This document shows, in pieces, positions 12,187 to 24,449 of a stretch of 64,000 nt of DNA. This stretch comes from Callorhinchus milii. Taxonomy: Eukaryota. How positions within the stretch are numbered: the first letter of the stretch is position 1; each line of letters opens with the position of its first letter. The notes below the pieces were generated by a model. The model saw only the letters and a program-made list of their open reading frames with translations. It was not told the origin of the DNA and searched no databases. The position numbers were made by a program, and so were the translations under genes. Location of the stretch: the NCBI RefSeq assembly GCF_018977255.1, contig NW_024704742.1, positions 6,450,001 to 6,514,000 of the forward strand, in the 5' to 3' direction.

Positions 12187-12924
12187 CGATATAGAAATAA
12201 AGTGCATGTTTGGCACGCGCACAGACACACTAGCACTTTGCAACAGAGGTGCAAACTGGACAGTGGCTCGGAGGAGGAATTCTGCCAGACCCTCTCCCAC
12301 TACCACCCCGCTATCATTCATATTCTAGAGAGGCCAATTTTATTGATCTACCCACTCCTGAGGTTATCCAGCTCAGCACAGAGTTTAAGTAGGTCCTCGT
12401 CAGTGGTGCATTTACCCGCTGAGCCATCAGTGTGCAGGCAACCTGTGGTGATCGATATTGGTTCACTGAGGTTCTGGTAAGCAGTTTCTCCTCATTTCAT
12501 ACTGATCGGCAACGCAGAATGAAGGGTAAGCCAGACAGGAAACCTTTGTTTCCCTCTTTGACAGGAGCAAATGGCATTTGAATTGAAAACAAAAAAAAAG
12601 CCTGTAATGAGCAGTAATAACACTTCCATAATCTATTTTCCAGACAGAAAAAACTCATTCCATTTCTTAAAAGTGTGAATAAGTATTGTTTCCATGCCCA
12701 AAACCTGTTCCTGTAAATGATGTGGTCTCCGGCCATGGCTCCGTAGGACAATTATGCCCACATGCATGAGGAAGTGAAGTCATTCAGCTTGATTTCCCTC
12801 TCTTCCTGAGAGCTCACCACAAAGTCAGATTTTCTGCAATATCTGTTTAATTCTGTCTGGCCATGGATTCTCAGACTGTTGAGTGGCCTGAGCCAAAATG
12901 AGCCAGTTGACAATCTTACATCAA

Positions 12925-13219
12925 ATTTCCTTACCCGACACACCTCTGCTTACCGAGCAGTAAAGTAGGATCATGGTTATTTAGATGATTGATGAATTGC
13001 TTTTTCCAGGAGTAACAATGACTTCAAATTTTTTTTAAATAATAATAATAAATTGGTCACACAGCCCATGGCTGTTTGTGGGACACTGCCTTGTGCAATT
13101 GGCTGCCGTGTTTCGCCCCCAAAAATATGCAGTCAATTTACTTTATTCCGTGAAGTGCTTTGAGACGTCTTGATGACGCGATAAGGCGCTATATCAAATG
13201 CAAGGATTATTATTATTAT
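12925..13219 (+). mobile_element. Young SINE, long subfamily, headless
   Basis: CCTTAC..CACACCTCTG..GCAGTAAAGTAGGA through TGCAAGGATTATT. Confidence 0.85.
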
Positions 13220-14034
13220 GTTCTTTTATTCAGATGCTTTCTTCCCATTGCCGCCAAATTAAAAACAGCTTCACATTTAAAACTAAACGTCTAATGAGCT
13301 AACTACGATGATTGCAACAGTTTTCTATGTTGTCTGGGTGTTTTAAAATTAGTAATCATTTGAGTGCAGATCCAATAAGACAACAATGCCAATAAGAATT
13401 TGTATTTACATAGCACCCTTCACGTGGGATAGCATCTTGGAGCGTTGAAACTACATCAGGCACATGTATTTGCTTCTTAAAAAATATCATGATTCCACTT
13501 CGATATGCATCCCACAGGCATGAAAAAGTTCATTTTCTGACATTAATAACGTCCTAGGCCATCAGAAGCGCTGCTAAATTTTGTTATTGTTGCCTCGACT
13601 GAAAAATAAGGTTTTAAAATGACTGTATATAGGTTAGACCCTAGTCATGTGTTAGCGAGCAGATGTTCAGAAATAGATTGTCCAAGTATGTCAAAAAAGA
13701 CACCAGCTCAGGGTCAGCAGAACAATTCGGAAACCTTTCACTGTAGTAATTCTGTAGTAATGATAATCGCTGCAGTAATAATGTAACAACATTAAATTGT
13801 TATTATTATAGTAATAATGTGATATGCTGAAAGTTTTTGCACATTTATTGTTGTACAATAGCGCCATTCCTTTGGACGTTGGTTTTGTACTATTTTTAAT
13901 TTACTGGCTTGCTAACCCTGTGTTAACTGGTTAAATATAATCTTTCCAATAACATATTCAAATAGTATTTTTTTTTCAAAGTAGCTGACTAATAGACAGA
14001 GGTTTTTCGGGCACCCTGCTGCCTGTCAATCGAG

Positions 14035-14555
14035 GACATCACAAATTGCTTCACAGGGTATAGTGTAACTATTTTTGAGCAAACATGCAATCAATTTGCA
14101 CATAAACAGTCATAAATGATCAATTGTTAACCAGGATTGTTAACCAGGATACCGGGAGAAGCTCCCTCCTCTTTTCGACTAGTACTATAGGATCTTTAAC
14201 GTCCACCTGAGCAGGCAGTCAGGATCTTGGTGTTATCCGAAGGATGGCACCTCTGATAATACAGCACACCTCCAGCACTGTATTGGCATCTCGACTCAGA
14301 CTATATATATATAAGAACACAAGAACCTAAGAATTAGGAGCAGGAGTAGGCCATTCGGCCCCTCGAGCCTGCCTCGCCATTCACTAACTCCACCTACCCG
14401 CCTTATCCCCATATCCCTAAATCCCTTTATCTACAAGAAATCTATCAATCTCAGTCTTGATATATATATGTGTATATATATATATTTAAAGTTCAGATGT
14501 GGGGCTTCAACTCACAACCATCTAACTCAGAGGTGAGAGTGCTACCGACTGAGCC
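14035..14555 (-). mobile_element. Old DeuSINE interrupted by a CR1 3' end
   Basis: Deu domain at 14140-14300 and head at 14495-14555 flank the insert. Confidence 0.8.
14313..14460 (-). mobile_element. CR1 (HER1-like) LINE 3' end flanked by (TA)n
   Basis: Minus strand GGCTCGAGGGGCCGAATGGCCTACTCCTGCTCCTAATTCTTAGGTTCTT is a typical chondrichthyan CR1 3' terminus. Confidence 0.85.
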
Positions 14556-15159
14556 AGACTGACACATGTGAAAGCAAGTATCTTATTTTATTTAATTCAT
14601 GTGAGGGTAGTGAGGTTTGGAGAACCTAAACTGACAATAAAGCGTCTCTTGTGTGAATCAGAGATTTGTCCCCCTCATAAATCAATTAAAATTTTAGTCC
14701 GAGAGAAGAAAACACAAATTTCCCTGTAGCCAACTGAAGCTGATTCCAATTATTCTCCAGCCACGTAACTCTATCTAGCTTCTTAATAAAACATGCTGGA
14801 AAGATTGGCTGTTAAAATGAAGGTTTAATGAACAAAAACATAAATAAAGTGAAATGAAAAGTATCTGAAACTTAATATCCAACTGGAAGCTGGCAGAATT
14901 CTAGCATCAGTAATTTCGGTAGACCGAAATGAACTCATCAAGTGCTAACACACAGTTTATTCACCGACTAATAATGATCATTCTGTGTGGAACGAAATAG
15001 ATTTCAATTCAAACATTGCTCAGATTGTAGGCATTTTGGGTTTCTTGGCTCGAGTTTCAGATTGCTTCTTTTCTTTGAAAAAGCAAATAGAAAAAAAGTG
15101 TTTTTTTTCCAGAGAAACATGCTTCATCGTTGTTGAATTTTTTCAGACTTCTGTTCAAC

Positions 15160-15325
15160 TTGTGGACTGGGTGGTATATGAGGTTAGATTGTTATCACTT
15201 AATCTATAGGGGCCCAGCCTCAAATCCAGACCAGGCTGTTGGGATGAAAGCCTCCTGTCCATTACAGCTGTTTAGAGTTCACAATGAAGTATGTTCGGAC
15301 TGTCTCACTCCAGCTCGCAGCAGAC
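15160..15325 (+). mobile_element. LF-SINE-like ancient SINE fragment
   Basis: TCAAATCCAGACCAGG..GAAAGCC..GCTGTT..TGAAGTATGTTCGGACTGTCTCACTCCAGCTCGCAGCAGAC is colinear with the recalled LF-SINE 5' half. Confidence 0.5.
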
Positions 15326-15370
15326 TCTGGTCCCTTTGGTTGAATTCAAGACTCTTTTACTTGTTTATTA

Positions 15371-15648
15371 GTGGTCAGCCGGGTGTCTGACACATGCGGA
15401 AACCCATCACCGTGCCTAAGAGTATCCAAGCCAAGCTGAGATATCCATGCATCCCACCTACACGTGGAAATCCCAAGCGATAGATGGTTGGAATGGAATG
15501 CGCACTCTCTCCCTGGAGGGACACATACCGATTACCTAGTTCTGGAAAATATTAGGTGCAGGTTGGCAAGAGCCAAGGCTTGGGGGCCCCAGAGTGTGCT
15601 GGAGTTAACTGCTGGAGTCTAACCAGCTAAAACTGCAAAGCTTACCTA
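15371..15648 (-). mobile_element. Family X copy
   Basis: Closely similar to 22234-22505. Confidence 0.85.
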
Positions 15649-16011
15649 AGATGATGTGGGACATTCAGAGAAGATACCTTTGGATTTAGGAGGTGATCTC
15701 TTAAAAAATGACATTTCTGTATGTAGTCAAGGATTGTAAGTAACTATTAGCACAATATGAAACCATAAAATTGCACCAAACAGTAGGAAATCATTCTGTT
15801 CATTTTATCCTATTCAATTCTAAAGGCTCTATACAAATGCAATTTTGTTGTTGTTGTAATTGTGTTTGCTCCTTTAAATAGGCCATTCCTCATAATCCTA
15901 ACTCCCTGTGCTTGTCCAATTATTTTTAAATGTCCCAATTAACACTACTCGAGCAGACACCCCAGATAAATCATTCCAAAGCCTGACAACTTTTTCAGAA
16001 AATAACTTAAT

Positions 16012-16378
16012 AAATAGTAATATTTGCATTTGATATAATAACAACGGTAATAATCCTTGCATTTGATGTAGCGCATTAACATGTCTCTCGACGTCTCAAC
16101 GAGCTTCACAGAATACACTGTAAAGTGAATGTTTTGTGGGCGAAACTCGGCAGCCAATTGCGCACGACAGTGTCCCACAAACAGCCGTGGATTGAGTGAT
16201 CAAATTATTTTTATTATTTATTGTTGATTATTTTTTGAAGGGATTATTAACCCCGGAAAAGTGATCCGCCAATCAACTAACAAACTTTGGCTTCCAACTT
16301 ACTGGTAGGTAAACAGAGATGTGTGTATGTGTAGTAAGGAAACTTGCCCAATGTGCTCAATGTTTCACCCTGCCGTGA
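16012..16378 (-). mobile_element. Young SINE, long subfamily, head truncated, tail piece duplicated
   Basis: TTGCATTTGAT occurs twice (16024, 16057); body on minus. Confidence 0.88.
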
Positions 16379-16984
16379 ACGGGAAGAGAGTGGAATCTGC
16401 CTTGTGTTACCTGACATTGTATATTGGTTTTAATAAAGTTCAAGTTTCTAAATTAATCAATTAATTAAAATATTATATTTCGGTATTCAACAAAAATAAA
16501 CCAATAACAAGCCCGACAAGACGATTATGTCTTGTTTTGCAGGTTTGTTTTTAATAGGGTTAGCAAAATTATAAAACAGTGGTTGACGATTAAATGTAAA
16601 TGTTAACTTCAGACTGCTGACAGATCCCAGCAATTTTTACCTGTCTGATTTTGCACGTTTACTGTTCGATTAAAATCAGCACCAAATGTAACAGTAATAA
16701 AGATGCACAGATGTCTTTGGTACCTTCTTACTGCAAATAATTTTTAAATTTGAATATCGATAATATGCTCGGGAAATGTAAATTGAAGAGCGAAATCCTA
16801 ACGATTCCGCTGAGCCAATCCTGCACTTATTCTAAGTGAACGCAATGGTTTTGAAACTGTTGCAGGAAACAATCATTATTCCAATGGACTTCCTGCACCA
16901 AGCTGCTTCAGCTATGGGATGTAACAATAAACAGCCCTGGTTTACAGAATGGTGTGCAGACATCACCAAGACAAAGATGGACAA

Positions 16985-17115
16985 ATAGCAACTTCTTTTA
17001 ACAACAACCTCCTCACGTGGGGTAGCGTCCTGGAGCTGTGGCGGAGTCTGACAATGAGCCAAGGGGGAGAGGGAGGAGGTAGATGACTGTAAGCGCGATC
17101 CAAAAGGAAGGTCTT
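16985..17115 (-). mobile_element. L2 3' end, second (older) subfamily
   Basis: Tail type CCAGGACGCTACCCCACGTGA..GTTGTTGT, shared with 31521-31625 and 55860-55990. Confidence 0.6.
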
Positions 17116-17447
17116 TAGCCAGGACACCAGGAGAAACTCCCTTCTATTTTCCAATAGTACCATGGGAAGCTTAACATCCACCTGAACAGGCAGATTCTGT
17201 TCTAATGTCTCATCCACATTAACGTTTCGCCCACAAAATATACAGTCAATTCACTTCACAGTATATCCTGTGAGACGTCTCGAAGACATGATAAGGCGCT
17301 ATGTCAAATGCAAGGATTATTATTATTATTATTATTATTACTGGGTGGTCAGCCTCGATTGTGAGTTCGAAGTTCGAATGCTGGGTTTCAACCCACAACC
17401 TTCAGACTCAGAGGCAGGAGTGCTGCCGACTGAGCCAAGCTGGCACA
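17116..17447 (-). mobile_element. Old DeuSINE interrupted by a young SINE 3' fragment
   Basis: Deu domain at 17116-17215; head at 17345-17447. Confidence 0.75.
17222..17340 (+). mobile_element. Young SINE 3' fragment
   Basis: GTTTCGCCCACAAAATATACAGTC...(ATT)8. Confidence 0.9.
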
Positions 17448-17539
17448 ACGGGTATCAGACTCATTATCAGAAAGTGGGCAGTCTTCAAGCTGGAAGCTCA
17501 ACTCTCTGGATCCAGTTTTCTGGATTTTGTCACTGGCAG

Positions 17540-17931
17540 CAATAATAGTAATAAATAATAACAATAATAATCCTTGCATTTGATATAGCACTTTATCACA
17601 TCTTGGAGATGTTTTAAAGCGCTTCACAGAATATACTGTACAGTAAATTGACTGTATATTTTGTGGGCGAAACCCGGCAGCCAAGTGGGCACAGCAGTGT
17701 CCCACAAACAGTCGTGGATTGAAGTGACCAATTTATTATTATTATTTTTTTGAAGATATTATTACCCCAGGAAAAGTGAACTGATCGACTAACAATCGGG
17801 TTCGTACTTACTGCTAGGTAAAAAATGACGTGTGGAGTAAGGAAACTTGCCGAACATTTCGCCTTGCCTTGAATCGAATCCAGGTCTCTCACTTGTGAGG
17901 TGAGCGCTCTAATCACTGAGCTACAGGGTCC
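17540..17931 (-). mobile_element. Young SINE, long subfamily, full length
   Basis: Tail, body and head (CACTGAGCTACAGGGTCC) on minus. Confidence 0.92.
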
Positions 17932-18683
17932 AATGTGCCTCTGGACCATAAATATTAGCCGAACGGCTAATTTGACCCCAATGTTTCTAAAGCTTAAACA
18001 AAGTATGTTACCACTGCTGTCAATATTTATCATAATAAATAGTATCAAAAAGGAAAGTTTTGTGTTTATTAGTTCCCTTGCCTCTCCTTTATTTATGAAT
18101 ATGAGGTGGAATAATAGAGCACACAGTAAAAATGTTGAATAAAAGTTTGCTTGACCTGGAGTCCGCGAAGAAAGTGAAAATAAAGTTACCATGACATGTT
18201 GCAGGTCGACAGTATTTTGTTCCATGTACAGCTCATGTACCTTTTAGAACTTTTTATTTGAAGACTTGCAAACTAAATCCATTGATTTTCATCACTTCCT
18301 TGTCAGTTCATCATTCCTTGTTGGATGAAGGACATTTTATATTGAAAATATTAAGTACCAGGTAATGGAGCATTTTCAGTCTCCAGTGCAATGCCACATG
18401 TGGTATTCTTTTGTAATGTTTAAATTTACACATCCAGAATTTGGCCTGACTGGAGCCAATGTATTTTACAATTACAATTACATTTACACAGAAGGATGAA
18501 AATTGAGACATGTGTCAAACACATTGTTAAAAAATGCATTCAGCTGATGTCTTAATTACCGAGTAGTTGCAGGCCTACATTCTCCCCTCTCCCCTAATTC
18601 CATTATAATGGTTGGACTGTGTATTGTCCACCCAGCCCCGTGGCCTAATTCTGACGTTGATTTAAGATGATAAAATAAAAAAA

Positions 18684-19035
18684 AGTAATCCTTGTGTTTG
18701 ATATAGCACCTTACCACATCTTCGAGACGTCACAAAGAGCTTCATAGAATATACTGTAAAGTGAATTGATTGTATATTTTGTGGGCGAAATGCGGCAACC
18801 GTTGCGCACAGCAGCGTCCCATAAACAGTCGTGGATTAAGTGACTAATTTATTTATTTTTTATTTGAAGAAATTATTACCACTGGAAAAGCGATGCACTA
18901 ATTGACTAACAAACAGGTTCCTACTCACTGTGAGGTAAACTAGAGGTGTGTGGAGTAAGGAAACTTGCCCAACATTTTCCCTACCGGGAATCGAACCCAG
19001 GTCTCTCGTTTGCGAGGCGAGTGCTCTAACCACTG
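18684..19035 (-). mobile_element. Young SINE, long subfamily
   Basis: GGGAATCGAACCCAGG (B box, reverse complement) and full body. Confidence 0.9.
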
Positions 19036-19254
19036 ACTGCCCTAACCACTGATATGCTGCAAACTAGCAATCCAACTAATCAGAACATTGAATTTGCTGT
19101 CACTCCACTAACCAACACTCCACGACTGCTCTCCACTAACTGGCAACGTAATGCACAGTGTATCTGTCTTTAGGCTGAAATATTGCGATTGAGTGTGAGG
19201 AGGGAAGGTTCATATTAGTGAACCAATTGATAATGAGCTAATCAACTAGAAGCA

Positions 19255-19550
19255 TTTGTTGCTTAACAGTGCTTGACTGTGTCGGAGTTTGATGCTGAGC
19301 CAGGGAGAGAGGGGAGATGACCATAGGCAGAGTCAAAGAGGAAGATCTTCAGATGCAATTTGAAGATAGAGCAAAGAGGGAGCAAGGCGGAGAGATTAAG
19401 GCGGGAATTTCAGAGTTTCAGGGTATAGTGGCTAAAAGCAGGGCCAATTGATGTTTGTTTCTGGTGAAACAGAGCGGTCGAGGGACATACAGAAGTCCTG
19501 AGCCAGCTGAACAGAGGGGCAGGGTAGAGAAGTGGGGTGTGAGCAAGGAT
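19255..19550 (-). mobile_element. Old L2 3' remnant
   Basis: Purine-rich; similar to 4070-4280. Confidence 0.6.
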
Positions 19551-20139
19551 TAATGCACAGTTATGCTACAGCGCACATTAAAAAGGATGTAAATATTTTT
19601 TGAATTAACAACAAACTAAAAACTAACTTCATGCCATTAGCTCTAATGGTTAATGCTTTCACTCTGATTGTTGTGATGCATCTAAGCCACTTTCAATGTC
19701 ATACTTTGTATAAATTAGTCCTTAATAAATGTGTTACAAAGATTTTGTATCTCTGTAATATATAGAGACTATGTCATGACCATCTATGTGATGCAATTTA
19801 TATTTTCTCTTGTGCCACTGTTGCTGCTTATACAATGAATTTATCCTCTGGGAGCTTTCTGCTGCATCTCACTTGCGAAAATATAAATCATACTTTGTGG
19901 CTGACATTAACAATAGAGCAAAGATCAACACTGAATTCTTAGTCATGTTTTCAGAAGTCTACAATTCAATTAGATAATGTCTTCACCAAATGTTTTGATT
20001 TCGGAACAAATTGAGTGTTCTGTACTTCAATTTTCTTGAAATAGAATCAAATAATAATAATGTCATGTTCAACCATTTTTGAGTACAATAGTAATTCCAT
20101 CAATATAAGCACTGGGGCTCACGGCAAACTCACTTTTGG

Positions 20140-20485
20140 GGGATCAATCAGGTGTTTGATAAATGCAGAAATCTATTAGCATGTTTCCGAGTATCCAAAA
20201 CCAGACTAACAGTTCCGCACACCCATTACACCAGCACATGGAAATTTCAGTGGTTAGCATGGAATGTCTACTCTCTCAATAGAGGAACCGGAGGAGCTGT
20301 TTCCTAATCACAAAGAGCATTAAGCACGGGTTGGCAAATGCCAAGGCCCGTTGACCCCAGGGTGTTTGTTGCGGTGTTTCTGGAGTATAATCAGCTCAAA
20401 CCGCATAGCTTGTCATTCAGCCCACTGTGGCCCAGCTAGGAACACTCTATCCATTTCGGCTTTGGCTTGCAAGTGAGATCAGGAA
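20140..20485 (-). mobile_element. Family X copy, diverged
   Basis: GAGTATCCAAAACC..CACATGGAAAT..GGTTGGCAAATGCCAAGGC..CTGGAGTATAATCAGCT..CCAGCTAGGAACAC. Confidence 0.7.
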
Positions 20486-20489
20486 ACGT

Positions 20490-20705
20490 ATCACACAGAG
20501 AAAGGGTTGAAAGAATGTTGAATGCACTGCCCCAGAAAGCCATACATGTGATATCAATTGGTATGTTTCAAAGGGAGATACTTGTTTTTAAAGGGTTTTA
20601 AAGGATGACAGTGAAAAAATGTGGAACTTGGATTAAAAGATCTGCCGTGACGTGATTAGACAATGGAGCAGTCTCGATGGACAGGTTCTCTTTCACTTTT
20701 ACTAT
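20490..20705 (+). mobile_element. CR1 3' remnant
   Basis: CACACAGAGAAGGGTTGAAAGAATGTTGAATGCACTGCCCCAGAAAGC (FTQRVV..WNALP-like region) plus 3' UTR. Confidence 0.6.
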
Positions 20706-20944
20706 GGGTGAAAAATATGACTTGTGATGTGCTAATTATCACGAGCCCCAATGATAACTCAGTCAATAGCTCTTATTGCTCAGGGGAAGGAGGTGCTTCC
20801 ATCAGTGAACAGTGTTAATTACAAGCTGTTTTTGATTACTTTTTCGCTTATTTGATATTTATCACATCAACTGTCACAAGCTTTGTTTGCTCCAACTATA
20901 AATTATTTTGAAAGAAAAGGTTAACATTGACAGCTGACATAAAA

Positions 20945-21118
20945 ATTGGTCACTCCAATCTACGATTGTTTGTAGAACACTCCTGTTGGCAATTGACCGC
21001 CGCGTTTCACCCGCAAAAAATACAGTGAATTCACTTTACAGTATATTCTGTGAAGTGCTTTGAGACGTCTTGAAGACGTGATAAGGCGCTATATCAAATG
21101 CAAGGAATATTATTATAT
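20945..21118 (+). mobile_element. Young SINE 3' half
   Basis: TTGGTCACTC..GTGATAAGGCGCTATATCAAATGCAAGG. Confidence 0.88.
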
Positions 21119-21639
21119 TAGCATGTCAGCTGGCAAAAGAACAAGCTGCATAGCATTGGAGGGCAGGAATCAGATTGAGTATCACCTTGCGAACCTCATG
21201 GGCAGTCGTGAAAGCACATTTTTGTTATTTGACTGCTCCTGAGCAGCTGTTGGCTCAAGGGAGTTTAATACAAATTGAAATTCAATACATGCTATAAGAT
21301 TGAGAGTTTTCTTTTTACATACAAAGAAATAATACCACAGACATTCGTTTGTCATGAACTAATTCCTGAGAATGTTCTCAGATTCAAATTACTTGTGAAG
21401 AAACACTAAAAGATTTATTAAGTGATAGACTATTAGAAAGACTCATTTTCAGCAACTTGCCAATGTTTGAACAGAGCAGTGGAAAATAGGGGTGAGTTGC
21501 ATTAAGAATTCCAATGTACACAGGGATGGAGGTGGGAATTACGAGAGGGGTGTTAGAACCTGCTTCAGTGCCCTGCTTCCGTTAGTGAGAAGAGAGTAAT
21601 TATTCTCATGTGTAGTAACTTGTTTTCCCAGCAAACAAG

Positions 21640-21892
21640 GCAGCTATTTTGCCTACAGCACCATCCCCCACCAAACATTTGGTGAATGATCAATTTGTGT
21701 GGAGGACTGATGACCAGGAAAAACTCCTTCAGCTTTTAAAGTAGGGGTCATAGGATCTTTAAGGTTCACCTGATGAACAGGCATGAAGGAATCTGTTTTG
21801 AGGCCTTATCCAAAACACAGCACACTTAGTGCATTGTCAGCCGAGACTGTGAGCTTAAATCCCAGAGTGGTACTTGAACACACAACCTCTTA
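21640..21892 (-). mobile_element. Old DeuSINE fragment
   Basis: CATAGGATCTTTAAGGTTCACCTG..TGTCAGCCGAGACTGTGAGC..CTTGAACACACAACCT. Confidence 0.6.
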
Positions 21893-22096
21893 ACTTAAAA
21901 TGTGCAAGCCCCAGGTGTGTGTGAAACAGTGAAAAGAGTATGACTTTCTATTTGTTTAACCAGTTCCCTGGATGTTGAATGGCTTGGGGTGAGGTGACAT
22001 TCCCACGAATTTGTTTTCTGGGTTCCCACTTCCCTGGAGGAAAGCATCAGGTCCCTGTTTGGGATTTCCCCGAACAACAACTTGCATTTACTCAAT

Positions 22097-22162
22097 GTGA
22101 AGCACTTTGAAATGTTTGCTTTGTATCATTCATGCACAGAAAACATTTCAAAAGTGCTTCAC
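22097..22162. repeat. 66-nt hairpin (inverted repeat) derived from SINE tail sequence
   Basis: GTGAAGCACTTTGAAATGTTT ... AAACATTTCAAAAGTGCTTCAC. Confidence 0.85.
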
Positions 22163-22233
22163 GAGAGTGTGAGCACACAGAGCAAGACATGGGAGGGATT
22201 TAAATATGATTTCTGAAAGGAGAGATTTTTTTA

Positions 22234-22635
22234 TTTTTTGTCAGCCGTGTGCCTGACACATGTGGAAATCCATCACCGTGCTTATGAGTATCCAAACCAA
22301 GCTGAGGTTTCCATGCATCCCACCTACACGTGGAAATCCCAGAGATAGTTGGTTGGAATGGAATGCGCATTCTCTCCCTGGAGGGACACATCCCGCTTAC
22401 CTAATTCTGGAAAGTATTAGGTACAGGTTGGCAAGAGTCGAGGCTTGAGGACCCCAGAGTGTGCGTTGAGGTAACCGCTGGAGTCTAACCAGCTAAAACC
22501 ATTGATACTGCTGCCTGGCAACCTTTCCCGCTGCTTGTCCAGTTAGGACCACCCTACCCTAAGTCTGTTTTGGATACTTTTAAGCATAGTAATGGTTTTC
22601 TGCACTTGCCACACACCCGGCTGACCAAAATAAAT
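22234..22635. mobile_element. Family X copy (22234-22560) fused to an inverted copy of its terminal ~70 bp (22561-22635)
   Basis: Left end TTTTTGTCAGCCGTGTG...GAGTATCCAAACCAAGCT; right end AGTCTGTTTTGGATACTTT...CACCCGGCTGACCAAAA. Confidence 0.85.
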
Positions 22636-22724
22636 TGTAACATCCTGTGGAGTATTCAAAAAGAATAGGGACAGTTTTGTCCTTTTGACAACTTGATTCA
22701 TAGAGTATGGGAAAGAAATGATAA

Positions 22725-22885
22725 GGTAATTCACGACTGGAACAAGTTGGCAGGAAGGGTGGTTGAAGCCAGGAAACTGGAGTCATTTAAAAAGCAACTC
22801 AATGTTGCGGTGGGAGGATGAAAGGGTGATAATTCTGCAGATGGGCTAAACGACCTTCTTCATCCAAACAAATCTTGTGATCTTC
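22725..22885 (+). mobile_element. CR1 3' remnant
   Basis: TGGAACAAGTTGGCAGGAAGGGTGGTTGAAGC..GATGGGCTAAACGACCTTCTTCATC. Confidence 0.65.
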
Positions 22886-23214
22886 TGGTAAATAAAATTT
22901 AGATTTTTGAGCTTTAAACAGACGGAAGGTAGAGATTCCACGTAATCCACGTACTCCTTTCCTAGGATAGCAGCTTAGCCTGATGTCGAAGCTAAATTAC
23001 GGCACCAGACACTCGTTCAAAATAACAAAATAACGTCTCATTATGACGCTGAGAAAATAAAATATAATGATTCTGTATGAAAATTCATAGTGTCTAGAAA
23101 AATTATATTTTTTCCCCATCCTCACATCCTTCCTACCCCACATCCCAACAGGACTGCCTTCCTCCATCTCTGCCTTCGATCCTATCTTACTTCAAAAGCT
23201 GCCCTTACCCTGAT

Positions 23215-23610
23215 TTCATGCTTTCATCACCCTCCTGCCTTGATTTTTCTAATGCGCTTCATGTCAGTCTCCCCAGCTCCGCCATTAAAATTCAAAACTC
23301 TGCCGCCAGTGTCTTGACCCATATCAGGCTCCCCCCCCACCACCCATCGCCCCAGTTCTTGGCCAGGCTCCACTATCTCTCAGTTGCAGAATTCGAGATC
23401 ATCACTCTTACTTTCAAACCACTTCACACACCGCCACCTCCCTATCTCTCCGATCTGCTCACACCCCACTCCAGTGCCCGCCACATTTGCTTCAGTCACC
23501 TCCCCTCTCCTTCCAGCTTGGTAGCCACACCATACCACTCCGCTGTTAAATGCTCGGTGACGCTCCTCATGTGAAAGGCGTCATATAAATGCAAGTTGTT
23601 GTTGTTGTTT
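23215..23610 (+). mobile_element. Old L2 3' remnant
   Basis: Peptide IQNSAASVLT..LHYLSVAEFEIITLTFK..PPYLSDLL; tail TAAATGCAAG(TTG)n. Confidence 0.85.
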
Positions 23611-24047
23611 AAAATACCAGTAGTTTCAGGATTTTACCCTGCAGGATTTTCGGGAACAGGATTTTGCTTCCATGCAGAGAAAATTCAGGGAATGGATTCA
23701 CACCTTTGTGGGGTCTTGCCTGTGCTAATTAAGTAGCAATAAATAACAAAAGACAACATGAGTCATTTATAGTCAAGGACATGCTGGCAAAACAGAACCT
23801 GTCATTATTCTGCAATTCAGGAAGAAATTGTTCAGATTTATTACTTTAAAAAGCTGTGACCTGTAATGTGTTGATTGGCACAGTGATGAAAAATGCAACT
23901 GATTCAATGTTTTCATTTATTGACCTGACCAGAAGAGCGGCCAAGCTGTTGCCTGCCCATTTGATGGAAGGCTTTCAGAGTACAACGTTAAGGTTCGGAT
24001 TAATGTGATAGTGTCTTAACTCTGAATGTTTTGTCGACAAATTGCAT

Positions 24048-24432
24048 GCCTGGCTGTGTGCCACTTGCTAACACTCTCACCTCTGAGTCAGAAGATCATG
24101 GATTCCTGCCCCATGTCAGGAACTTTGAACTTTTGTGACATTGCTGGAGGTGCTATCCTTCAGACGAGACATCAAACCGAAGCATTGTCGGCTTGTCCAG
24201 GTGGGTGTCAATGATCCCATGGTACCGTTTGAGNAAAAAAAGGGAGTTTCTCCCAATGTCCTGGCCAACAATCCCCCAATTAAAATTGGTCATTCACTCC
24301 ATGGCTATCCCTGGGATAATGCTGTGTGCTAATTCCCTGCTGCGACTGCCTACAGTAAATGTTTGAAGCACTTTGAGACATCCTCCTAACATGCAAGACA
24401 TTATATCAAACACAAGGATGATTATTATTATG
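24048..24432 (+). mobile_element. Old DeuSINE
   Basis: CACTCTCACCTCTGAGTCAGAAG head; Deu domain GATCCCATGG..GGAGTTTCTCCCAATGTCCTGGCCAACA; ATT tail. Confidence 0.8.
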
Positions 24433-24449
24433 AATTATTATTAACAGAT

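Noticed and set aside
17614..18225. 203-aa ORF
   Set aside because: Half of it is SINE sequence and the rest has no recognisable domain; a chance ORF
22151..22160. miR-302/430-like seed AAAGTGCTTC
   Set aside because: It lies at the base of the 3' arm, not at a Dicer-cut position, and is simply the antisense SINE tail
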